Shown one piece after another: positions 46,801 to 64,000 of a stretch of DNA of 64,000 bases. The position numbers and the translations under genes are program-made. Each line of letters opens with the position of its first letter. Position 1 is the first letter of the stretch. Under the pieces are notes generated by a model. The model was not told the origin of the DNA. It did not search any database and saw nothing but the letters and a program-made list of their open reading frames with translations. Source of the DNA: Macrostomum lignano (Eukaryota); assembly GCA_002269645.1 (NCBI GenBank), contig NIVC01000633.1, forward strand, positions 62,001 to 126,000. Reading direction: 5' to 3'.

Positions 46801-49800
46801 AAGGACATCATTACTTACAGTAGCATTAATTAAAAATTGTGACACAAGCTTGATCACAAATTGCAATTCACAGATTCGATAATATGTGAAATTTACCTGG
46901 GCCGCGAAGCCTATCCTAGATAGGCTGGGAAAAGGGGAGATTTTAGGGAATAATCTAAAGTACACAGATCTTGCACTTTTATCTACTACAGATCTTTATG
47001 TGATAATAGAGCACCCGAAAATCTCCAAACACTGCAGACGGAAATCTCACCCCCATCCCAGACATGGCAGACGGAAATCTCACCCCCATCCCAGACGGAA
47101 ATCTCTCCTCCATCTCCAGACACGGCAGCGGAAATCTCACCCCATCCCAGACGCATTTTCGCAAAAAGTACACCCGGCACTCACATCGTACAGCTGCGTG
47201 AACTTCAACAGCTCGGCATCGGAACGGACAGTCCGGTAGCCCAGCGGAGCCTCCGTCAGGAAGCGCTGCAGGTGCGCCAGGTCGAGTGGTCCAGAGTAGG
47301 CGACTTCGCTGAGGCCCGGCAGCAGCAGGACGAAGGCTGGGAAGCGGACGGTGTGGAACCGCTGCCAGCACTCGCCTGGAACAGGTCGGGGGTTGAAGAC
47401 CTGTCTTCAATGATGGCCCTGAGGGGCTGAGAGTGCCCCAGCAACTGAGGATCTGGGAGGCTGGCCCAGCAACTGAGGATCTGGGAGTGTGGCCCAGCAA
47501 CTGAGGATCTGGGAGGGTGGCTCAGCAACTGAGGATCTGGGAGGGTGGCTCAGCAACTGAGGATCTGGGAGGGTGGCTCAGCAACTGAGGATCTGGGAGG
47601 GTGGCTCAGCAACTGAGGATCTGGGAGGGTGGCGGCACAGCCCCAAGACTCAGAATCACACTGTACACAACAGCAAAGCAAACCATAAAAATTTCAGAGC
47701 TCCACTAAAGCTCAGACAATTCGCCATGACATCCCAGCAGAACTCACTGGAGACATTCCAGCAGGCCACAGCGGCAAAGGTCAGCTGAGGATTAAGCAAG
47801 GCCAGAGACGAAAACGTGGGCTTGGCCTGGACAGACTCGGCATCCCAGGGCGCATACAGCATGAGCAGGTGGTCCTGCCGGCTGCGGTTCAGCGGGTGCA
47901 GGAAGCCTAGACTGCCATCGGGGTGGTCAGCCAAGACCAGGTGCTCACCAGCTGGGAACAGGGGCCTGTACTGCTGGTAGCGAACCTCCTTTGATCTGTC
48001 AGATAAGGTGTGGAGCAGTTAGTTGATAATTAGCCCGCTTGCCATATAAAACAGATTTTTCATATAAAACAAACTAACATTTATGTGAATTCTCAAAGGC
48101 ACAAAGACTTCTCAAATTAGCAGAGAAATGCTAATATATTAAAGACAGAAAGTGCTAAGATGCTAAGGAACACTTAAATAACACTATATACTTTTTTGTT
48201 ATTATTGATATCTTTCAACTTCTCATTAGTTTGTCATTTAGGGAATGCATACTATATAGAAGTCTACAATTAAGTGTTAGATGATTACTAATGGCCATAG
48301 TAAATAATGTAAATACATAAAATGCTAGTGCTTTAAGCTGGGCCTATAAAATATTTTTAAATAAATAGAACCTAGACAAATTTGATACTAAAAATTGAAG
48401 CAACAAAAATCTAAATATTTATAATATAGCATATAATGTAAAATAGGCTATTGTTAAGCATGATAGCTAAAAATGCATTTCAAATTGAATAGCAGCTAGA
48501 CATTTGGGTTTTAAAATAGTATTTCACCCAAAAGCTGTTGTTTTGGTTAAATATAGTTGGTTTTCAATTAAAAATTAAGAAAGAAAAGAAAGAAGAAAGA
48601 AAAGTAATTGCCTCTATGTAGCAAAGTTTACATACAATGTATTACACTCAACAAATACTACTATTTTCCTTGCAAATAGATTGCACTATTATAAAGATAA
48701 AAAATAATACATAGAAATAGATATATACCATGTGTACCAAGGACCTTAGTATATACCATGATTATGTCAAGTATACAACTTTGTGTTATGATTGTGTTAC
48801 ATTGCACCTGCTGCTTACCTTGCACCTGCTGCTCACCTTGCATCTGCTACTCACCTTGCACCTACTGCTCACCTTGCCCCTGCTGCTCACCTTGCACCTG
48901 CTGCTCACCTTGCACCTGCTGCTCACCTTGCACCTGCTGCTCACCTTGCACCTGCTGCTTACCTTGCACCTGCTGCTCACCTTGCATCTGCTACTCACCT
49001 TGCACCTACTGCTCACCTTGCCCCTGCTGCTCACCTTGCACCTGCTGCTCACCTTGCACCTGCTGCTCACCTTGCACCTGCTGCTCACCTTGCACCTGCT
49101 GCTTACCTTGCCCCTGCTGCTTACCTTGCCCCTGCTGCTTACCTTGCACCTGCTACTCACCTTGCACCTGCTGCTCACTTTGCACCTGCTGCTCACCTTG
49201 CACCTGCTGCTCACCTTGCACCTGCTGCTCACCTTGCACCTGCTGCTCACCTTGCACCTGCTGCTCACCTTGCACCTGCTGCTCACCTTGCACCTGCTGC
49301 TCACCTTGCACCTGCTGCTCACCTTGCACCTGCTGCTCACCTTGCATCTAATGATCTGCTGCTCACCTTGCACCTGCTGCTCACTTTGCACCTGCTGCTC
49401 ACTTTGCACCTGCTGCTCACCTTGCACCTGCTGCTTACCTTGCATCTGCTGCTCACCTTGCACCTGCTGCTTACCTTGCATCTGCTGCTCACCTTGCATC
49501 TGATGATCTGCTGCTTACCTTGCACCTGCTGCTCACTTTGCACCTGCTGCTCACCTTGCACCTGCTGCTCACCTTGCACCTGCTGCTCACCTTGCATCTG
49601 CTGCTCACTTTGCACCTGCTGCTCACCTTGCACCTACTGCTCACCTTGCACCTGCCACTCACCTTGCATCTGCTGCTCACCTTGCACCTGCTGCTTACCT
49701 TGCCTCTGCTGCTCACTTTGCACCTGCTGCTCACCTTGCACCTGCTGCTCACTTTGCACCTGCTGCTCACCTCGCACCTGCTGCTTACCTTGCAGGGTCC

Positions 49801-52307
49801 ATTCAGGCAGGGTCAGGCCCAAACCCATTAATGTATGGACTGCTTGCTGTGCAATGCTAGGGCACCCAACACTGACAATAGAGTGGACTTTGTTCATTCC
49901 CAGGCTCTGTGGCGCGCTATCTGACATGCCTTGCTTTAAAATGTGACCTTTGCTTGCAGGGCCACATATTTTGTTGTTGTTGTCAGGTATATTAGGGACT
50001 TTATATACATATTGCATTAAGTCTATAGTCTAGATTATGGTAGGTAAATGCCAAAATGAAAATTTAAGTTTTCAATTTTATGCTAATATAATTTTTTAAC
50101 AAAAATTTTATAGGAATAAAGTTGTTCTTATGGCACCTTTTTATGATGTATACCACAGATTTTCAGGCATAAAATCTACCTTTTGGACTTTGGGCCATAG
50201 CATTATACTCCTGATAATAATATATTGTTACTAAACCTTTTTGCGGCAAGTGACAAAGGCCACTTTTTTACTATAAGGCTTAGCCACTAGGTCAAGTAGG
50301 CCTATGGTTTTTTTAAATCAGTTGTTAAACTTTGATATAGACTTTAGTGAGGGTCCCATGACTTGCCAATATGCATATAAAAAAACAAATTTTAATAAAA
50401 AATAGGTTTATTACAAATTAAATCTTTTTTAATGCAATTAGGCTTATATAGAATAAAAAGCAAACATAAACTAAGAGAAAAATATTTTGTTATAAAGAAA
50501 AAACTTTTTAAAATTATTTATTTGGCTTTTATTAAGATGATAATAGAAAATCATTTTTAATAGAAATGGTTTTTTAAAAAACTGTGACATTTACAAAGAA
50601 TGGACCTATGCATTTGCATTTTTAAAATTGAAAAAATAAAAAGTTCTAATATAAAAGTTTATTCGAATGTTTAGCCAATATAATATTAAAACTTTTTCAA
50701 CTTTTAACAATTTTTTAAATATGCTTAAACTAGATAAATTTATGATTATTATATTAATATCTATTTAATAGTTTAAATTTATTGCCCCTAGTAAGCAAAC
50801 AATTTTTAGTATGCTAAAGTATGTCTACTAAAAGAGGAAGAGTTAATATATATATTATATTATATAACAAAAAATAGTAAAAAAGGTCTTCTGTGGTTCT
50901 CTTATATATTTTAGTCTTAAAAACTAAAGACTAGTTATCAAAACAAAAGTAAGATCAGATGTCTTTTTACTTATAGAAATGCAAATTTGATTAGTGACTA
51001 GTCAAATAAAAAAATATTAAAAAATAAGTTAATAACTTATAAAATTTTATTAGGCTAGTCTTACCTTTAGCTTAGTTAAAAATAAAACTATTCCTTACAT
51101 TATTTCTTAGTTTATATATTGATTATTGGTATAGGACCAAGACCACCACACTTGAGGAGCTAGGAGAAGAATTTGGCTCAATGTACTATTGAATGGTGCT
51201 AGAGAGGAGATGAGTAGATAGAAGAGCTAGCAGGACAAGCCTATAAGAGAGAAACCTATGAGAGCCACACTCTGGATCATGTAGTATATACCTGAAAATT
51301 TGGGTATGCATTGGCCTTGCATACCAAAATTAGGCATGCACAGTTGGTGTACATCACTCCTGAGAAAATAGTTATGCACACTTAGCATGCACTTTATAGA
51401 ATCACATGTAAGAGTTATTGTGAAGTAGAAAAAATAAAAAAATATAATTTTTAAGTATAAATTTCTAGCTTTTCAATAAATTTTAAGCTTGTAAAAAAGC
51501 ATTTAAACAAATACTTGCATGATTCCATTATTTGCTATAGATAAAATCACCAAAAAAGCATAAAAAATCAACCAAATTAGATGTTAATAAGGGTCTATTG
51601 CGCAATTTTAAAAAATCATAATTATTGTCATAACGTAAAAAGGGGTCATTTATTGTTGTAACAATATTGTCATATTTTTGAAAATGGGTTTGCACTAAAT
51701 TTTTTTGGCATACATTCAATTTTTGTTTGGGCATACACTTAGCATGCTCTGGACTATGGTATGAGAAGAATAGCAATGCTAGAAGATTGGTAGCCCTCCC
51801 TCAATTCCAGGAGCCAGTAATAGTTGTGGCAATCTTGGTGTATGGTGGTCTTAGTCATGCGCCTGATTATCAGTCCTTATTACATATAGGTTATAACAAT
51901 AAGGATAATTAGATAGCCTAAATAAGACTATAAGCATTATAATTCAATTATATTTCAAATTAAGATTATAAGATTAATTATAAAAATGGGCTTATAGCTT
52001 AAAACAAAAAATAAATGAGTTCTTACCTTAATATAGTAATATTAGATAAAAACCAAAGTGCACTCAAACATAAAACAACAACTAGTTCTTTGTTTTTTGA
52101 ATAGAACATACTAATTGCACCATGAAATCTAATAAAAAAGGATGATGGTTTGGCTGAATCAAAGTGATTCTGTGACACTTCTAAATCATTACATGTTGAA
52201 TCAAGATAAGAAGACTGAAGCTTCTTACTTTGTGTTTCTAATTGACTAGAGCAAGTCGAAGTAGAAGTGTCAGAGTCATTATTAGCAGTTGCACTTTTTT
52301 CCTCCAT
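43830..52307 (-). CDS. TXNDC11: Thioredoxin domain-containing protein 11 (EFP1) ortholog, ~886 aa
   Basis: Exons 52307-52027, 47995-47748, 47375-47185, 46626-46429 and 45572-43830 total 2661 nt in frame. N-terminal TM segment; Trx-like LLMLYAPWDAES...FAAVACW; second Trx HSPACVYC...FVDVSANDL...RLPALLLFP; C-terminal helical/coiled region. The architecture matches TXNDC11 as I recall it. Confidence 0.85.
45815..46410. repeat. 20-bp minisatellite ACCAGACTTCAAACTAAGCT in TXNDC11 intron 4
   Basis: About 29 units. Confidence 0.95.
47035..47630. repeat. Two small intronic minisatellites (~33 bp at 47035-47155; 28 bp CAGCAACTGAGGATCTGGGAGGGTGGCT at 47435-47630) on either side of TXNDC11 exon 3
   Basis: Read directly. 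Confidence 0.9.
48800..49790. repeat. 18-bp minisatellite TTGCACCTGCTGCTCACC in TXNDC11 intron 1
   Basis: About 55 units. Confidence 0.97.
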
Positions 52308-53612
52308 TAATGATTAAATTAGCCTACATTGTATGCAGTTACAAACTAGTAGCAATGGTACTCTTTTACACAACTCACAATAAATCAATCTAGTATGTTC
52401 ATATATTGCAGAATCAGAATTGGGCTTTACAATAAAACCTACACAGTTAAATTCTAAAACCTAGTGACCTTGCTGACCTAGTCCTAGACTCCTAGTTTAA
52501 GAATCGTGGTCGCGACTCGCGAGTCTTGCTTTAAAGTGAATCCACTATTCGATCAGGGGCTAAACTGAAAACTATAGCAATGTACTCATTGGACCAACTT
52601 CCCCTGTCGTGGAACGGTAGATAAGCTTATGATTTAACAAAAAATTAACAAAACCACCAAATCAAGGTATACGTCAAATTTTGGTTGGCCCAAACGTGTT
52701 GTTTCATTACGTTTGAAAATGTTGTTCCACAGTAAACCAAAGTCAACTAATTCAAAAGGCATAGCTATACCATAAAGGCTGCTAATATTACTTATAAACT
52801 TACTTTAAAATAATTTTATAAAGTTGTTTATTAGCTTAAACAGTTTAGGATTGTCAGTTTTGATACCTCAGTTTCAGACAAAATTTAACTTAAAAATATT
52901 TATGATAAATTTTTCGATCGTTTATAGTTCCCACCAATCCAAATCCAAATAGATATAGCAATAGTAACCATAACCATAGTAACTATTGTAGAATTATGTT
53001 CGGACAAATATGTAATTTTGGCCCCAGTACATAATTTTTCTTTCTAGGTTTTAATGATATTTTTGGTTTGGTTGAATTTTTGGTTTAAATCAGGCGTTTC
53101 AGGTATTTTTCTAAGCTGAAGTCAACTAGCTTTCATTCCGTGTTGTAAATAACAAACTGTTATAAACTTTTAATTTTTCTAGTTCTCGAACTTAATAACA
53201 CATTTAGCAAAGTATGCAATGGTTCTGTTTAGCTATGTGCTCTCGGCTCTCGGCTCTGCACCGAATTTCTATAATATTAAAAATAGAAGACAATCTAGCC
53301 TATTCTGACTGATCCTTTGTTTAAAAATGAATCACATGATGGAATTTATGCAACTTTTAGAAATATTGTCTTTTTCTCTATGGTATACTGTACTACAGCA
53401 ATCTTAAATCGTTGATAGCATATAAAACTCTTCTAGAACTTGTCTTTGAAAGTTCTAATGGAAATTCTAATGAAAATTAGAAATAAAAATTCTAATGAAG
53501 TTCTAATGAAAACTATGATTCTAATGAATTCTAATTCTAAATTCTAATCTTCATGATTTATAAGTTAGCACACACTTTTTCATTTTTATCTCATCTTGCA
53601 TTTTTTGTTTAA

Positions 53613-54447
53613 CCATTTGGAAGCCAAAGGCCTGCACTGCAGGCCATACCGAAACGGCCCAGAAACCCAGAGATTGAAAAATGTCTATGGCATCAAAAAC
53701 CATCTCCCAATCACTAAAGCAAGTGCCCAGTATGGCCTGCTGTGCAGGCCATGACTGATTTAAAGACGTTCATTATGCATTCCCATTGTGTTTTCACTCA
53801 AATGGGAAATGTTAAAGGGGAAATAAAGCGTGGATGAATTAGCATGGATCTGGACAGAGACCAGGATTTCCGGGACATTGGCTGCAGCAAAATACTGTCT
53901 TCTTAGCTGGAACGTCAGGTTTCAAATTCGGAATCGTTTGCTTGGGCGAGTCTGGGCTTCCGTTGCTGGGAGTCGTCCGTGTATATGTGGTATCCTTCGC
54001 CCAGCACTTCGCGGCTAAGCTCAACAACAACTCTCGCTCTCTTCCTCGCCATTTTCTGCACTCTCCTGCTGGAACTCCCTGACTGCCAACCACATTCGCT
54101 CATTGGTCCATGTGACAAGACTGTGGTGAGAAACTCTTCAGTCAGGAAGATTGATAAAAACTCAAAAACCGTCGAGTCATTGCTTGATAAAGCGTCTTCC
54201 GAATCGGAATCGAGTCCCAGTCTACGCAAGGCGTCACTTTTAGCTGTCCTATTCGGCGGCGTAGAAGCCATTTGTGGGTAGGAAGGTTTGAACAGGAGCT
54301 AGCTGAAAAACTCTGTGATATACTTTACTTCTGGGCTTCTAGGGTGTGCACTCGATTCAGCAAAAAAGACAAATTTGTCTATGGACTGCTCTGCAGGCCT
54401 TTGGGCTTTTAAGCCATCTTACAGAACCAAGCTTGGGCGCGAAGTGG
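53613..54447 (-). mobile_element. Internally deleted, non-autonomous piggyBac-type DNA transposon
   Basis: TTAA on both sides (53609-12, 54448-51). Termini CCATTT / CCACTT; subterminal inverted repeats GCC(C)AAAGGCCTGCA..GCAG.CCAT with short left and long right spacers. Transposase remnants FLTEEFLTTVL and VVVELSREVLGEGYHIYTD. Confidence 0.75.
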
Positions 54448-54759
54448 TTAAGGCTTGTTTAAGGCTTGTTCTTACTCCCAGCAAATTGACTTTTAAATCA
54501 CATGACTGATTTGCAAAGCGACGAAAAAATATTTACAGGTCGTGCGGTCACTGCGATCGAACAAAAATGGTCTAGTTTTATGGTGGTGTGAACAGTCCTT
54601 ATCGTGGATAATTTTACCGCTTTGTTATTGCCGAACCATTGTGCTTGTTACTTTAAACAAATCTATTGTTTCAAACTACGCGTATATTCGCCAAATGAAA
54701 CGAAAAGCTAACTAAAAAAATATTCATGCTTTGCATCAGCTACTGAGCCAACTAAAATA

Positions 54760-56123
54760 ATGGAGAACTGGCCAAGACAGCAGGAGGCGGAGATGTACTT
54801 GCAGAAGCATAAAATTCGCGAATTGTTCAACAACCTGAGCGCTCAGTTGATTTTTGAGCAGCCGAGTGAGTTTATTTTTGGTACAAGTTATACAAATTGC
54901 AAATTTATTTTACCTTCATGAAGTTATGCACACCTGAGACTTAACCGTCTTGTCGCTCCACTCGCAGACGACCCCAAAGCCTTCATGGTGGAGCACCTGA
55001 AGACCCTGGCGGGCAGCAAGGCGGCCCCGGAGAAGGCACCCTGCCTGTTTGACGACTCCAACCTGACTGCCATCTTCCACATGCTGGACGCGGCGGGCCG
55101 CGGTTACGTGACGAAGAACCAGTACGCTGAGGCCATGGAGACGCTGGGCCTCAGCCATTTCGATCGGTACCCGCCCGGCGGGGACAATGACATGATCACC
55201 CTCGACACCTTCGTCAGGGAAGGGTGAGCGACATCTTTGGCTGGGGCAGCTGGTGTCAAGTGGCTCCAAATATACTGAAAATCAAAAGTTTCCGGGGAGC
55301 TAAGAAAAGTAGTTTAGAGCAGAATGACCCAGCGCAGAGCAGATTTGGCCCAGGTCAGTTCACAGCTTAATGTCCTGCTGAAATTTTGTAGAGCACAGCG
55401 TTTAAAAAGCTCAGGCAACCAACCAAACAACCAACCCACCAAACCCTCCAACCCATCAACCCTCCAACCCACCAACCCTCCAACCCATCAACCCACCAAC
55501 CCACCAACCCACCAACCCTAGCCCTCCAACCCACCAACCCTCCAACCCATCAACCCACCAACCCTCCAACCCACCAACCCTCCAACCCTCCAACCCACCA
55601 ACCCTCCAACCCACCAACCCTCCAACCCATCAACCCACCAACCCTAGCCCTCCAACCCACCAACCCTCTAACCCATCAACCCACCAACCCACCAACCCTC
55701 TAACCCATCAACCCACCAACCCACCAACCCTCCAACCCATCAACCCACCAACCCTAGCCCTCCAACCCACCAACCCTCTAACCCATCAACCCACCAACCC
55801 ACCAACCCTCCAACCCACCAACCCACCAACCAACCAACCTACCAACCCACCAACCAACCAACCCACCAACCAACCAACCCACCAACCCACCAACCCACCA
55901 ACCCACCAACCCACCAATCCTCCAACCCTCCAACCCTCCAACCCACCAGACCAAACTCAACAACCCACCAGCGAACCAAACCGAACAATCAACAAACCAT
56001 CAAATCACCAACCCACCAACCCACCAACCCACAAAAATCAAAACCAACAACCCACCAAGTCACCAACCCTCCGCTTTCAGCCGCAAGGGCCTCACAAAAC
56101 AGTCAGCGACCTACAGCGGCTGA
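54760..56123 (+). CDS. EFCAB10: EF-hand calcium-binding domain-containing protein 10 (RIIa-like docking domain + EF-hand)
   Basis: Exons 54760-54865, 54968-55223 and 56081-56123. Protein QQEAEMYLQKHKIRELFNNLSAQLIFEQP...LFDDSNLTAIFHMLDAAGRGYVTKNQYAEAMETLGL...ITLDTFVREG...SATYSG*. Confidence 0.85.
55420..56070. repeat. C/A-rich low-complexity array (CCACCAACCCTCCAAC-like) in EFCAB10 intron 2
   Basis: Read directly. Confidence 0.95.
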
Positions 56124-57030
56124 TATATTTTTGGCTTTGTTCGTCGGAATTTGAATCGAGATTGATTTCAACAAGCATGAAATAATTCACTTTTAGCTCT
56201 GGGCATGATACTCCAGTGCATGCTGGATTCTGAAAGTTCAAATTTACTTACAATCCATAGCTTGTAATTTAAAAATACATTTTAATGTTGTTGTTTTAAG
56301 ACTTTTTTCTAAAATATTTTACTTGCGGTATGGAAATGTACTTTGTTTTGTATGATTTTCTTATATTTTAACTAAAAAAACAACATGATTAGAAAAAATT
56401 GAGGATTTTTGGTCATGCCAAGAAGGAATTGTGAGGTTTATTTATATTTAAATCTCCTGATCAAAAAAAGAAATTTAGAACTCGCATGCTCGCATACTGC
56501 AAGTAGGCTGAGCTGCACATTTCTGACCGAATGAAAAAAACCCGGAAAACTTTTAGTTGGATTGATAAACTTTGGAGCTGGAATTTAGTTTAGCGAGATT
56601 CAACGGATCACTGATGGCCAGGGCTCAGGTAAAATGTTTCTGAAATGGAACAGGACTTCGGGGCAATTTAAAACTCAGTTGCTGAATGACAGCTCGAGTT
56701 GAAGCAAAACAACTTTTGTATTAAAAAATCTTATGAGGATGAAGACCTGAAACACTAGTTTTTTATCTTATTTTCTATTTTATCGGCTTTTGCCAGCTGC
56801 TCTACTATCAGTAGAAAAAACAGCGCTTGTTCTTACCATTTATAAGAAGCCAAATATCTATTGACTTCTAATCTGCTTCCCTGTAGCTCTATTGCAATGG
56901 AATCAAAGCGGATGTCCGAGTTCCAGATCCGGAGTCAAATGGTGCCAACTCTGCTACTAAGAGTAGTTCATTACAGTTTGAAAAATAGAGTTTTTTCTTA
57001 GAAATAGAGTCAATCCCGGGCCCTCGGAGC

Positions 57031-63893
<6,863 letters not shown>

Positions 63894-64000
63894 CTGAAGA
63901 AGTCAAGGAGGTGGAATGCGATTCTTCGGATTCTTTTTCAGCCTGCCTGAAGTGGATACGAGCATAGCATTTAAATTGACGTTCATTTAACTTCCCGGTT

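Overview
Eukaryotic (metazoan) genomic DNA with GT-AG introns, GC-rich codon usage and about 30 intronic or intergenic minisatellites. The combination, plus TTAGGG repeats, suggests a flatworm such as Macrostomum lignano (inference, not verified). Genes I could reconstruct by hand: the 3' part of a repeat-motif gene (+); a GPI-anchored two-domain Ly6/uPAR gene (-); two convergent DEG/ENaC paralogs (+ and -); RPL22, SNRPC/U1-C and TXNDC11 (all -); EFCAB10 (+); and the 3' part of PKD2 (-). The standout is the DEG/ENaC pair. Each gene carries a ~370-380 aa insertion in the extracellular finger region made of two kringle domains, with a complete WSC domain nested inside the first kringle on its own phase 1-1 exon. 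The pair also shares a 365-bp near-identical tract that spans an intron, consistent with gene conversion, and a decayed third-copy fragment lies between them. Other notable items: a ~4.5 kb almost CpG-free, AT-rich block matching exon 1 + intron 1 of TXNDC11; minisatellites whose units copy adjacent splice sites; a piggyBac remnant in a divergent promoter; and tRNA-derived SINEs. Most long six-frame ORFs are artefacts of tandem repeats or of GC-rich antisense strands. All exon models were derived manually from splice signals and frame consistency, with no database search.
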